Positions 12,147-26,880 of a stretch of 64,000 nucleotides of DNA are shown piece by piece. The notes under the pieces were generated by a model that saw nothing but the letters and a program-made list of their open reading frames with translations, searched no databases and was not told the origin of the DNA. The first letter of the stretch is position 1, and each line of letters opens with the position of its first letter. Source of the stretch: Octopus vulgaris. Lineage: Eukaryota. A program made the position numbers and the translations under genes. Location: NCBI GenBank assembly GCA_951406725.2, contig OX597814.1:143344001-143408000 (forward strand), written 5' to 3'.

Positions 12147-13040
12147 CTGTATCTTGACACTATTGAATGTGACTCGAGTAAGATAATAAAAATAACTCCT
12201 GTTGGACTTATTTCGATCGTCACTGCTCCAACGTGTCGTGTATATCTGATATGAGGTGTTTAACTTGCATATGGATCGTGCTTGTGGGTAATATTTTTGA
12301 GAAGGGAACTGTGATGTATAAGAGTGCGTATGTATAAGAACAATGAAGATTAAAACCATTGGTCAACTCTAGCAGAGCTACGATCAAAAATATTCCGCTC
12401 CTGACCATCACGCATTTTTTGTATATCACAAACTCACATTGTTAATTATATCCTAATTTAATGTAATACTAAAGAGCGTGGTTTAAGGGAAATTTAGTTG
12501 CTACTTCTAGCAGATGTAGTAACCATGCATATTCTCCCTTGCTGGCTCCTATAACTGTGTTTCATTGTGTGATGACATTGAATCTTACTTCCTATATTTT
12601 CGTGGGAAAATAATCATGTTTCTCACAATCTTTCTATTCCGCTCTGCTAAAATGTCTGGCATTTAAAACAATTATTCAACATGGCTCTCAGTTAAACATC
12701 CTTATGCTGTGAGCTTAAAATATAATCTGTACCGGCTTATTCTTTCATCTATCGCCGGCCATGAACTAGATACTAGCTATGCATTTCAATGGAAAATGCA
12801 TAACTTGGAAGAGATCAGTTTCTTTAATAAATTCTGACATTCATATCTGTGCTTATCGCTGTTATATATATTAAAGAATCTTTTCAAACCTAATGCAGTC
12901 ACTTTGTCAAAGATATATTCAAAGTGTTATGAAGTTAGTCGTGTGTGCATACACGAAGGTATTCATGTTTCTGGTATATGCATGAGATACGTGTAAGATT
13001 TAGAAACGGGGCCTTCGTATTTACATTCGTATTCACCCGG
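12147..13040 (-). pseudogene. FN3 pseudo-exons (about 12147-12430 and 12660-13040)
   Basis: YEGPVSKSYTYLMHIPET-EYLRVCT; SSWPAIDERISRYRLYFKLTA*GCLTES; LTNGFNLHCSY; LNTSYQIY; GTAAGC donor near 12147. Confidence 0.55.
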
Positions 13041-13234
13041 CTTTAGATTTCTTTGTTTCTTTGTTTCAGCTTCTCTTTGTGATTTTGTCGCCATCACAAC
13101 CATAGTCTCAAGCATTGATTGAACAAGTACGGTCATTGCTCTCTACCATTGAGGATTTATCAAACACTGCACACACTGCACACATTGCAACAACATATGA
13201 GAGATACAGCAGCAACCGCAACAGCAGTAGCAGC

Positions 13235-13596
<362 letters not shown>

Positions 13597-14369
13597 GATT
13601 ATTCTCTCTTCTTAATAGTTCTTCTGTCCTTCAGTTTTGCAATTTATTTTTGCTGCAAATGTCTTACCATTCACCATTCACATGTCGCGTCACTAAACAA
13701 GAGACGCAGCCATTATTTTATTAGTTTCAAACATTGGACACCGACCATGCTGGGTCGTTCGCTGCCTTCGGGGATCTAAGTCGACCGCTTGTAATTATTT
13801 TATCAATCTCTTTTCATCGGGCTGCTATGTTACGGGACATTAAATGGGCAACTCATGAGCATCGTGTTAGACATAATCACCATAAACACACGTATTTGTA
13901 TGTGTATTTATGCATTTATGTATGTGGTTATATACATATATGTATGTATGAATGTATGTATGTATGTATGTATGTATGTATGTATGTATGTATGTATGTA
14001 TGTATGTATGTATGTATGCAAGTATGTATGTATGTATGTATGCATGTATAGATAGCTAGATAGATAGATAGAGAAATACATATTCTTATTTTGTTTATGT
14101 TTATTTCAAATATAATTATTCATATTGTCTTCTGTCCATACATGTCCATATATATCCATATATATGTGTGTGTATGTGTGTATGTTTATGTGTGTGTGTG
14201 TTTTGTGCATGTGCGCATACGCGTATATATGCATGTATGTATGTATGCATGCATGTATGTATGTATGTATGTATGTATGTATGTATGTATGTATGTATGT
14301 ATGTATGTATGTACATGAATGTGTATGGGTGTATGAGTATACGTGCGTTTATTCCGTCCGCACTTCCAT

Positions 14370-15087
14370 ACATCTATCCACACTGCCAAGCGAAATTTAG
14401 TCTAGCACTTCTAGTGGTTTTCAAGTACACGGTGACCCGGTCACGAAGACCTTATCGTTGCCACGCCACTCCATAAGTGGGTGGAAACAGCGAAGGGAAG
14501 CTCTGACAGCCGAATTGGTGTAATGACGATATCGCAATGTACTAATAATACACTGGAAAACTAAGTGTGTGCGCCTGTGTCTGTGTGTCTGCGAGAGCCG
14601 TGTAGCAGTTGATTCTTACGAGTGAATGTGTTTGCGTGTTTGTGCGCGCATGTGTTCCTCTGAGTGCGAAAGCCGACTGCACACATCCGCGTATTTGCAT
14701 GTATTTGCATGTGCGCGTGTATGCATATGTGCTGTGTGTGCGTGTATTTCGGTGGAAGTGTGTGCGCGTATATGTTCATGCATTTCTCTTCATGTATATG
14801 GAATGTGCATTCATACATACGCATGTGTATATTTGTTTGTCGTGTCCTTTGGAGCATACACTAAAGCATATTTTTCTTTACGTATTTGTATGCATATATG
14901 CGTGCTTATTTACATACACAATACACACATATTCACATACATACATAAATACATAAACATACATACATATATACGTAAACATTACTCAGACATATAAACA
15001 TACATGTGCGCGTTGTTAAGAACACGTTTGGTGTAGATTATTAGCAGCTTGCATTCTGTATAATTTTACGTCCTTACATATGTACAG

Positions 15088-15152
<65 letters not shown>

Positions 15153-15810
15153 AAAAACACGCGCGCACACGCACGCACACGCACGCGCACACGCACGCGC
15201 ACACACACGCACACACACGCACACACATATATGAAACCAATGGTAACCTTATAAAGCCACAAATAATGTATATATATATATGTATCCATGTATGTATGTA
15301 GGTAGGTATATGTATATGCATGTTTATGTGCATGTATGTTTTATACGTATATATATAAATATATGTATATATATATATATGCGTTTATATATATATATAT
15401 GCATTTATGAACGTACGTACTTGTGTATGTATTCATGTATGTATGCGTGTATATGTATATGTGAATGAGAGCGCGGGTGTGTGCGTTTTTTTTGAGAGCT
15501 TATGTGTGCTGCAATGTTCAGCCATTTCTAAGAAGGTTAGACAAGCATTTGCAAGGAAATACTTATGTTTATAAGTAGAAGAATATAATAAACACTAGGG
15601 AAAATCTTGCTGTAAGTGTTTATATATATATATATCTTCTTATAACTATATATATCTACCGTATGAGAGGTTCTCTTTGTCATCGCTTGCAATGGCATTT
15701 CCGCACACATACCCATATATACATACATATGCATGAATAAGGTCATGCACACATACGTACATGCATAGGTCCATGCAGATGTGCACACATGCATTCATTG
15801 ATCTATATTT

Positions 15811-15868
<58 letters not shown>

Positions 15869-16229
15869 TTCATATCATACATGCATACATATATGCAAAC
15901 ATATATCAATGTAGGAAAATTTTCATACATATATACGTACATACATATATTCATTGATACATGCAAATATACATACATTCATATATCTTTTTATTCTGTT
16001 ATGCGTTTCAGCCCAAAGGCTGCCGCGATGCTAAGGTACCGCTAGTATTACCGCGTCTACAATGGCCATTCATATGTGATTTGCTTTTGGTGAAGGGAGG
16101 AGTTCTATATAGCTACGCACATTTGAGTTTTCATCTGCGACCTCGGACAGTTATATATATATATATATAAATCTTCTTGTCTTGGGACAGTATTCACCCG
16201 GGGTCGGTTGAGCTGGCTTCATTCATCCT

Positions 16230-16274
<45 letters not shown>

Positions 16275-16700
16275 CATACATATATGCATGCATACATACA
16301 TATATACATACATACATACATACATACATACATACATACATACATACATACATACATGCACATATCTATAGATTCATATATGCATACGTATATACATACA
16401 CATTCAAACTTACATACAAACATGCATACATTCATAACAGGTTATGTTTGCCTCATTTTGTCAGACAGTAACCATTGCATTTATGAGACATCTGTATGTC
16501 ACTGCCGTATAGTGACATATGCTTATTCGGCACGTATGTCATTCAGACAAATAATAGCACGATGACAGATAAGCGTTTCTAATGACACAGAACCTATCCT
16601 AATTTTGATTTTAGAGCTTTCCATCTCGAAATGATTTTGCCTGGTGTCGAGTCACAAACCTATGGATTTCGACGTTTCTGGCCACCTCGTGGGCAAAATC
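14370..16700 (-). pseudogene. FN3 pseudo-exon remnants (about 14370-14555, 16040-16150, 16440-16700) between microsatellites
   Basis: Acceptor gttttccAG then CIIS...EWRGNDKVFV..KP; ELLP(F)TK; IISRWKA..G*VL..CNGYC. Confidence 0.35.
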
Positions 16701-16726
16701 TATTTGCATGTACATGCATACGCACG

Positions 16727-17195
<469 letters not shown>

Positions 17196-17262
17196 TTACT
17201 CTACCTCTGGTATTTGGGTACTCTTTTCCCACCTTGTTTCACATTTATGTGCTTACTCCGGT

Positions 17263-17299
<37 letters not shown>

Positions 17300-17324
17300 A
17301 CTATAAATAATATATATATATATA

Positions 17325-17541
17325 TAGCTTTCAAAATGTGACCTCGTGTGTACCGTTGGCGATTTTTTTCCTCTATCTTCCCTTCTCTGGATCTTTCCTT
17401 CTCCTATGTTTCCGACGAAGACCTCCGCTCGAAACGTTAAACCCTCCTTCTTTCCTTCTTTCCTGAGCGTCCAATAATAGTATATTTGTTCCACGTCCTC
17501 GTGTTGTTGTGTTTTTTTGTGCTTTCTTGTTTGGATTAACT

Positions 17542-17545
<4 letters not shown>
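17325..17545 (+). mobile_element. Short Penelope-like terminal element in (TA)n with a degenerate hammerhead at 17408-17442
   Basis: GUUU-CCGACGA-A-GACC(UCC)GCUC-GAAA-CG-UU-AAAC; related to 40420-40630. Confidence 0.65.
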
Positions 17546-17581
<36 letters not shown>

Positions 17582-17588
<7 letters not shown>

Positions 17589-18005
17589 AATATACACACA
17601 TACATGAGCATGCCTACATATATAGGTATATATACATGCATATGTGTACAGGACATCAAATAAACGTGAACAAAATGAGAAACGAGAACATAAAAAACAA
17701 AAGCATGGAAAACGAACGTGTTTCGGAACAACGAAAGAAACAAATAGAGAAACGAGACAGGCAACATAAAGAACATTCTCTTCATCAGTTGTCCCCTGTT
17801 TTATCTACTCCGCGTTTCTTATGTTGCCTGTTTCGTTTCTCTATTTGTTTCTTTCGTCGTTCGAAAAAAGTTCGTTTTCTATGCTTCTTGTTTTTATGTT
17901 CTCGTTTCTCATTTTGTTCACGTTTATTTGATGTCCTGTACCCATATATGCATGTATATATACATATACATGTAGGCATGTACATGTATGTATGTATATG
18001 CACAT

Positions 18006-18010
<5 letters not shown>
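17582..18010. repeat. Fold-back with about 190-bp arms and about 40-bp spacer, made from a TA-associated element end
   Basis: ggacatcaaataaacgtgaacaaaatgagaaacgagaac mirrored; related to 33140-33372. Confidence 0.9.
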
Positions 18011-18061
<51 letters not shown>

Positions 18062-18286
18062 CAGCAAAATTAAGGAACGGCCATAATAGGCCGTTCAACC
18101 CACTAGAAATAGCAGCTAAGGCTTCAACCGCAAAAAAAAGTATTAATAGGCCGTTCAACCCACTAGAAATAGCAGCTAAGGCTTCAACCGCAAAAAAAGT
18201 ATTAATACTTTTTTTTGCGGTTGAAGCCTTAGCTGCTATTTCTAGTGGGTTGAACGGCCTATTATGGCCGTTCCTTAATTTTGCTG
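18062..18286. repeat. Perfect palindrome with a 60-bp tandem duplication in the left arm
   Basis: Centre AGTATTAATACT at about 18198-18209; unit repeated at 18084-18143 and 18144-18202. Confidence 0.95.
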
Positions 18287-18380
18287 TTGAATTTATTAAT
18301 AGTCTTTGACTATTTCCTTTTTCCCACTAGACCGCTGGTGGCAAATAATTTCTGATGAATTTTTTGCTACCCTATATTGA

Positions 18381-18429
<49 letters not shown>

Positions 18430-18639
18430 TAAATTAGAGATAAAACCACTATTAGTTTGAATTTACTCCTTAATATTATTATTATTATTATTATTATTAT
18501 TATGCATATATATATATATATATATATTATTTATATTTTTTTCTGATCGAACGAACGGGCACTTCCAGTTTCCGTCTACCAAATCCACTCAAAATTTCCA
18601 AGGTGCTGATACAATCCTAGCAATATATGTTTGTGAAAC

Positions 18640-19400
18640 CAAAATTTCCATTCAAATGGTAATTGCCGGACGATTTTCTGTTCGAGTCTAACCGTTTTAA
18701 GGCGTCGTGGAAACGCGACCTGTCGCAAATAGGTATGCGAATATTGTATAAATTTTATAATTGAAAAGCTTACTATATTTTGTACATAGACTATACCAGC
18801 CTGCGGGAGCAATAAAATGAACTCGCAGGGGTTTCCACACCCCTGACCTAAAATATCTTGAACCATTTTGGGGGTGAATATGATACAATGTGGTCAAATG
18901 CGTGTGCCAACGTCTCTCTTAAATATGTTACTAGTAAAATAACCCTGGCGGTTAATGACCAAAATACGGAATGGAAAATTGTTTGGATGAAACCTTTTTG
19001 ATACTGAAATAATCTATGTTAAATGGAAGGATGGAAGCAGCGGCAGAAACATAAGGCCTTTGATTGTCGTATCGTAACCCTCAGCTAATACCTACTGAAT
19101 TGTAATGGAAAAATTGAGTACATCACATCTGTACTGAAATGCAAAACTGACACCAGGAGAGAAGGTGAAGCACTCTTAAATAGGCATTACGAGTGTACAG
19201 CTGGCCCGTGTGAACCAAGAGTAGATAGACTAACCTACTTGAAGGAAAATTTGGAAAAACAGTCATCATACGGGCAGAAACATATACTGGAGATATAACC
19301 CACAAGCAAGATCGGCCTCTCCTGGACCTGTGATGCATACATCACATTCTACCTAGAAGGATATGCTTTTGGTAATCCAGGAATAGAAGACAGCTCCTAA
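18640..19400 (-). pseudogene. FN3 pseudo-exon remnants
   Basis: ORF track peptides VISPVYVS..PNFPSSRLVYLL..QLY..YLRVLHLLSWCQFCISVQ and NGSRYFRSGVWKP. Confidence 0.4.
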
Positions 19401-19859
19401 ATAGCTATTCAATAGGAAATATGGTTGCGTTTAAACCCCAAAGTTGTGACAGAAAATGCGATCAAATGTACAATCTAAAGAAATTACTGATATGTAGTCA
19501 TTTAAAAGATCTATGGAATCCTAGGTTTGCATACTAAACTGGCGTGTCATAGAACGAACAAATATTTGTAGTCAGGTATAAAAAATATTGACTTGGTATA
19601 AAAATATAGGCTTTGTGCTTACCTAGACATTATGTTCAAACTTTACACAAGCTGTCTCAAACAATACCTTTAAGAACACTGCAAGCCTTATAAGGTAGTG
19701 ACTAATGAGGAGAGGGTAAGTAGAGATGTGGCGAATAAGCTTTGTTGTGTAAAGTTGTAAGGTACCACACGAGTGAAAATATATATGAAAGAAGGTTTGA
19801 AAATGCAAAGGTCTTTTAGAGATGTTTATGATCTTCACCGGTTTCACTTTCAAAAAGAC

Positions 19860-20520
19860 TGTGCTGTGTTTGAAGTAAGAAAATACTGCAGAAACCCCAC
19901 CAGAGTATGGCTTGATTACAGAAAGACATTCGATTCTATTTTCCACTCATTACTGCAAAAGATACAGTATTTGGCAGAAGTACCCACTGCTATAGTAGCT
20001 GCTGTTGAAAGATTCACAAAGCCCTGGTCAACAATCTTCACGTTTGTAACTGCAAACAAAACGGTTGTCTCCGGTCTTATGAATATTTCAAAGGAATATT
20101 CCTAGAATACATTCTGTATGTGGTTCTTTTCATTTTAATCCTGTGGCTATGTGTTATCAACAAAAGACATTAATATAATCCATAATTTCTTATGGATGAT
20201 TTGCAGCTCTTTACAGGAAAATATATATATTACAGCGAAATCGCAACAAAGATTTGGAAGACAAACACACCGCATACCAAAGAAGTTATGCATGTGTATG
20301 CTTCCGTAAACTTGTGAATTATGGTAACATTGACAGAAAATATAGACTAACTGAGAAACTTGGCTGCTATATCACGTCAGATTTAGAAAGTTATGCTTCT
20401 GCAATCCATGAGCAGGAAATAGCTACAGAATACCTAATGAATAAAAGAGACAGTGAAGCCTTTTAACACCTAAGATGTGACAGAAAATGCTGATTATGTC
20501 ACATTGCCGTGGAAGATATT
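19860..20520 (+). mobile_element. Old, internally deleted R4/Dong-like LINE fragment
   Basis: VWLDYRKTFDSIFH; YASAIHEQEIATEYLMNKRD; CDRKC*LCHIAVEDI. Confidence 0.75.
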
Positions 20521-21052
20521 ATAGTCGCACGCACACTCATACACATGCGCACACACTCATACACACACTCTCACACACATTTATTCTCTCGCATACATGC
20601 CACAAACATACATATACATGTGTATACATCGGATCTCGTACGTACATGTAATAGCTAATTCTATGCAGACACGCGCGGGCACACACACACACACACGCAT
20701 GCATACATATACACAAGCATGTATACATATGTACACGCAAAGCACGTACTTGTATACATGTGTGGATGCAGACATGAACGTAGACACACGTACGCACGTG
20801 CGAACACACATATGCGTTTGTATGTATATTGTGTTATGTATACAGGCATATCATGACATACAGTCCTTGTATTATTACACAGTCTGCATTCACACGTTTA
20901 ATACTGGCTGACATGTCTCTCTGACCCAACGAAATCTATCAGATGTTGCTGCTGCCGTTATTGTTCTTTCAATCCAAATAATCTATGATGAGATGACAAA
21001 GAGATTTATGATAAAATACCATTCCATTCATAGGCATAGTATCTTTACTTAT

Positions 21053-21370
21053 GTGGAGGCGCAATGGCCCAGTGGTTAGGGCAGCGGACTCGCGGTCGGA
21101 GGATCGCGGTTTCGATTCCCAGACCGGGCGTCGTGTGTGTTTATTGAGCGAAAACACCTAAAGCTCCACGAGGCTCTGGTAGGGGGTGGTGGCGACCCCT
21201 GTTGTACTCTTTCGCCCCAACTTTCTCTCACTCTTCCTGTTTCTTGAGTAATGCTGCGATGGACTGGCGTCCTGTCCAGCTGGGGGGAACACATACGCCA
21301 TAGAAACCGGGAAACCGGACCCATGAGCCAGGCTAGGCTTGAAAAGGGCGAGAATAACGAATAATAAATA
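21053..21370 (+). mobile_element. tRNA-derived SINE family C (Meta-domain-like) with 13-bp TSD
   Basis: A-box TGGCCCAGTGG, B-box GGTTTCGATTCC, GCTGCGATGGACTGGCGTCCTGTCCAG...AGAAACCGGG; TSD ATCTTTACTTATG at 21041 and 21371. Confidence 0.9.
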
Positions 21371-22258
21371 ATCTTTACTTATGGAATAATGTACCTTGAT
21401 CAACATCATCTACTGTATCCTGTTATCAGATTCTAGTGGGCACTTTGAGCAAAATTGAGTCACTATTTGCGGGCATAATTTCACCCCAGTCATGATCAAG
21501 TAGACGTTGTTTCAAATTCATCCCTTTCTTATTTAGAGACGATCTGTGTGATATGACGAAGAGACATTTAGCTGCTATTTCTAACAGAAAACACGACCAT
21601 GTAGAAGCTTCGCTATTGTTGTTGCTTAGCTCCAGAACAACTCTGCTCGAGGAGACTTATAATTGTAAGCTTTTTCACCAAGGTGATCTACGTACTGCAA
21701 CACAGATGGAATAGGTGAGAGGGCCGCATGGAGGACTATGTTCAAAAATAAACTTCATTTGGTCACATTCTATGAGAGTGTCTTGGTCAGCCTATGAACA
21801 TTTTAGCCGACGCTCGATGTTTATTTTACTCCTGCATATGGAAACTACAGACTAATCTAGAATGTATGTATTCGTGGATTAAATCGATGATTGATCTAAT
21901 TCACTATTTACATATTCCCGAGTATATATTTCTTTCCGTTGTCAACATATATTTCTCCCCCATTGTTTACACATTCCCGAGTATATATTTCTTTCCGTTG
22001 ATATATGTATATAAGGTGTTCTAAGTATATTTTGTTTCGTTTATTTTGGGCACAAGCATGGCCGTGTGGTCAAGAAGACCAATATGCAGTCACGTGTATT
22101 TGGGTTCAGTTACACTGCGCAACATCTTGGGCAGGTGTCTTGTAGTATCACCCTGGACCGACCAATGCTTTGCTACGAAATTATGTTGGAGTGCGTCGTG
22201 TATGTATGTATGTATGTATGTATGTATGTATGTATGTACACACACACTCACACACACA

Positions 22259-22330
<72 letters not shown>

Positions 22331-22758
22331 CATATAACAGATTAAAAAGGGTGGTTTCTTATCAATTAGAACCTAATGGCAAAATTGATTGAGGTGAGAA
22401 AGGTGACAGTGGGTACTGACTAGCGCCGCTTTTGCTGAAGATACAAGCGCACATGGTTTACTTCAAAATCCGATATCTCGGCTGTATACTCTGGAAACTT
22501 ACCTCTTTTGTCAGCTACCTAAGACACTGCGCTTGTGACTTTGAGTTAGTTTAACTCTTACCTCTAGCAAAATCAATGCTAGTCTGTTACTTTTGTGACC
22601 TCTATTAATTTTCCCTTAAGGTTGTAATTGATAATAAGCCGCCTTTTAAATTTGTTGATTACACTTTTACTATTTTCGAAATCAGCACACGTTTTCAATG
22701 GATTTTCTTAAAAGATTGAGATAGGTAGCTAAGTTTAACCCTAGGCGTTAAAAGACGC

Positions 22759-22835
<77 letters not shown>

Positions 22836-22877
22836 TGTATGTATGTATGTATGCATGCATGCATGCATGCATGTATG

Positions 22878-22942
<65 letters not shown>

Positions 22943-22954
22943 TAATATATATAT

Positions 22955-23130
22955 AGTGAGGATTTACAAAAAAGCAAAAGACGAAGACGGGTGTGTAAAC
23001 AACAAAACAGATGTATTAGTTTAACGTTCTTCGACCGAAAGGAACACAGAATTAAACAGAGAGAGAAAATAGAAAAAAGGTATAGTGGCTAGCAATCTTT
23101 CATGGCGATTGCCGGACAGAGTGGTCACAA
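22955..23130 (-). mobile_element. Penelope-like terminal element in (TA)n, related to 40420-40630, with hammerhead stem II deleted
   Basis: Shares caaaagacgaag, cttcgac.gaaag.acacagaa and ggctagc.aatc..catggcg with the 40420 copy. Confidence 0.55.
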
Positions 23131-23489
23131 AAGTAACAGAGGGTACTGACTAGAACCGCTTTTGTTAAAGATAAAAGTTAAACTAACTCGAAGCCATAAA
23201 CTCACTGTCATAGGTGAATGACAAAGGGAGGTATGTCCCCAGCATGCATAGCCGGATCGCGTATTTTAACTTATTGTATTCCCTTTCTTGATTTTAATAC
23301 TTTTGTGCTAATCATTTTTTAACACAACAAAGCTTATGCAATGCTTTACATTTTACTTTTGATAGCATTTTTTCTAAAAAGTGAAACCGGTGAAGTCCAT
23401 AAACATCTCTAAAAGACTTTCGCATTTCCAAGACTTCTTTCATATATAATTTCACTCGTGCTGTTCCCAACAATTTACTTTGTTATGTA

Positions 23490-23523
23490 CATACATACAT
23501 ACATACATACATACATACATACA

Positions 23524-23556
<33 letters not shown>

Positions 23557-23718
23557 GTATATGTATATGTATATATATGTACATATATATATTCATACAC
23601 ATATATATATATACACTTACATATATGTGTGAAGCATACACACATAGTATGGGTTTGTTTACATCCGTGTAAATTAGCAGCTCGGCCCGAAAGACCGACA
23701 AAATAAGACATACATACA

Positions 23719-23754
<36 letters not shown>

Positions 23755-23902
23755 TATATATATGTATATATATGTACATATATATATATTCATACACATA
23801 TATATATACACTTACATATATGTGTGTGTGCTTCACACCTAGTATGGGTTTGTTTACATCCGTGTAAATTAGCAGCTCGGCCCGAAAGACCGACAGAATA
23901 AG
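23490..23902. repeat. About 200-bp tandem duplication inside a SINE-A copy
   Basis: tagtatgggtttgtttacatccgtgtaaattagcagctcggcccgaaagaccgaca occurs twice. Confidence 0.9.
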
Positions 23903-24049
23903 AACAATATATACAAATAAGTCTAAACTGTTTAAAGGCCTGTTCCACCAAAAACCGCAGTCTAATGACTGAAACAAATAACTGATAAAAGACAAAAGGC
24001 TAAAGACAAAAGATTAAAGATAAAAGATACCTTCTGTGTGCAAAATGAT

Positions 24050-24291
24050 GTTATCAATATGTTGTGTATAGCACCATCTATTTATTTCTTTTATCTGTTT
24101 GTTGTGTGTGTTGTTAAGGGTGATAATGGCAGGGCTGTATGCAACGTTCTTTGTTAGGAAGAAAATGGCTTATTTGGTCGGAGAGTAATGAGTCTGTTCT
24201 TTTGAAGCTGGGTTTCTAAGGTGATTGATGCAGCTTTTGACTTGTGCAGCTGTGTCTGCTTAAGAATACAAGGTATATATATAAAGACATA

Positions 24292-24323
<32 letters not shown>

Positions 24324-24408
24324 AAGACATATATATATGTATATGTACACACATATATAGGTAAATACACATATGTATGCACATATATATATACATGTAT
24401 ATATATAC

Positions 24409-24441
<33 letters not shown>

Positions 24442-24850
24442 ATAATTTGCATAATAGTGGTTTTGTCTCTAATTTAATACAACATATATATATATACACT
24501 TATACATATATATGCACACATATATATGCATATATATACATATACAAATATGTATGTATATACATATATATGAATATATACATGCATACATGTATGTTTC
24601 TATATACCGTCAGCACATGCATATGATTAAAACAAAACTGAATAAGGAGATATATCTCAGAGCGCCAGTGGCTTGCAATGAACGACATAGACAAATACAG
24701 GTATATTAACTAATGTACAACATAAATTTGTGTCAAAATTATCGCCGCCTCTATATGAAGAGACCTTACCTGCAGAAAAGACAACTGTCTCATCCTCAAT
24801 GGCATACCAATTTTGGAGAAATCTTGATTCTTGAAAATATATCACCATCT
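24050..24850 (-). pseudogene. Weak FN3 pseudo-exon remnants (about 24050-24270 and 24660-24850)
   Basis: VKSCINHL...PAIITLNNT; ETVVFSAGKVSSY. Weak alone; supported by position and strand. Confidence 0.3.
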
Positions 24851-24966
24851 CAATAAATAATAAATATGACATAAATAAATAAAATATATACCTATTATAT
24901 CTATATATGTGCACACACACACTTATATGCAACATACATATATACACGTAGACACACCCATGTGAG

Positions 24967-25245
<279 letters not shown>

Positions 25246-25289
25246 CATGCATGTGCGTGTGAATATTTGTATGCTTATGTATATACGTA

Positions 25290-25722
25290 TTCTTTTTTTA
25301 TTTGTTTCAGTCATTTGACTACGGTCATGCAGGAGCATCGCATTTTTAGTCGAACAAATCGACCGCAGGACATATTTTTTCTAAGCCTAATACTTATTCT
25401 ATCGATCTCTTTTAGCCGAACCGGCTAAGTTACAGAGACATAAACACACCAGCGTCGGTTGTTAAGCGATGGTCGGGGACAAACGCAGACAGACAGACAG
25501 ACACACACACACACACATACACACAAACACACACACACACACTTACACACATACACGCACACACACATGCATATATATAATACAGGACAGGCTTCTTTAA
25601 GTTTCCGTCTGCCAAATCAACTCACAAGGCTTTGGTCGGCTCCAGGCTATAGTTGAAGACATTTGCCCAAGGTTCCACGCACTGCGACTGAAACCGGAAC
25701 CATGTGGTTGGTAAGCAAGCTA
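25290..25722 (-). mobile_element. SINE family A with head truncated by the adjacent Tx1 3' end
   Basis: Matches the reverse complement of 36104-36550. Confidence 0.85.
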
Positions 25723-25724
25723 CT

Positions 25725-26880
25725 TTATTTCATTAAATTTGCCATGAAGGCATTACAAAGAAGGGATGAACAAAGACAGACAAACATAAAAAGGTGAAGT
25801 AGCTGCTATAACGATTAAAAATTTATGATGATGAATTTATGTGATACAATTAAAAACTACAAATTACAAATTACAATTTACAAATTACAATTTACAAATT
25901 ACAAATTACAAATTACGAATTACAAATTACATGATAACATGATACTCATTGCGATTTGCAATGAATTCTCTGAAGGAAAAGCATCTGACCACCAGAGTAG
26001 AACCTTTGCTATTTTTTTTTCTTTGGACTCCACTTACCTGGTGCCAATTACTCCCAGCTTGCTTGCCACAGACTTCCATCTTTTCGCGAATCTATCTCGT
26101 GACAGGTACCTCTTCTCCAGACTGATCTTACTACTGAGGTGGTAACTAAAAAAGTTAACCAATCCCTGGCCGGATACAAAGGTACCCGTCACTATACCGC
26201 TCACACACTTCTTCCATACTGTTTCTTTCAGTATGGCTACTACGCAGAAAAGGCAAGCCTTCCTTTCCCTGTTAAGGGAAGGAGGCGGCACAATCTCGAT
26301 GATAGACTCAGCTGATAGCTGTACTCTTCTCATCAATGACAACTGTTCTTCTGCGAAAATTATCAGTCCCGTTCATTCCAGACATTCCACAAATGTGTGC
26401 AAGACGGTTTCCCTGTCCCACCCGCATCTCGGATATGTGGGTGAGACAGCACTTCCGTGCCTTCACAGTTTATCATGAACAGGTAACGCCACACGGAAGC
26501 ACTGCCAAGCCAAGGATTTCTGGTAACTGTCCAGATACTCTAGCCCGAAAGCTCTTCTGAACAAGTTGATCAACTGATTTTCACCGTTGCCTAGTGTCAC
26601 ACCCAAGGCGTCGTCAGACATAAATTCCACTAACCCGCTATAAAAATCTGCGGTGGAACTGCTGTTGCTGGAATACCTGACCGCACTTCAATTGCCAGTC
26701 CCTCAGTCTAGGTCTCTGCTTGATCCATGTACCACTGTCTGTTAAGGACGTTAATTTTGGAAAGTAGAACCGGACGTGCGGTGACCACACCTGCTCTCTA
26801 TCCAGGTAAAGCCAGAGGTGCCTCAACCTTAACGCGAGTTTTCGCATCCTCAGCCAAGGCATCCCTAGCCTACCCTTTAA
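25725..26880 (-). mobile_element. Tx1/L1-clade LINE 3' fragment, frameshifted
   Basis: MPWLRMRKLALRLRHLWLYLDREQVWSP; LSAESIIEIVPPPSL..ILKETVW; 3' UTR with (TTACAAA)n; paralogous to 47941-49562. Confidence 0.85.

Noticed and set aside
18084-18202. Direct repeats suggestive of a CRISPR array (also 46183 and 49862)
   Set aside because: Only two adjacent units, no unique spacers, eukaryotic context, no cas genes
21053-21130. tRNA-like sequence (also at 33958 and 4447)
   Set aside because: SINE or element heads lacking a full acceptor stem and continuing into repeat bodies; not tRNA genes
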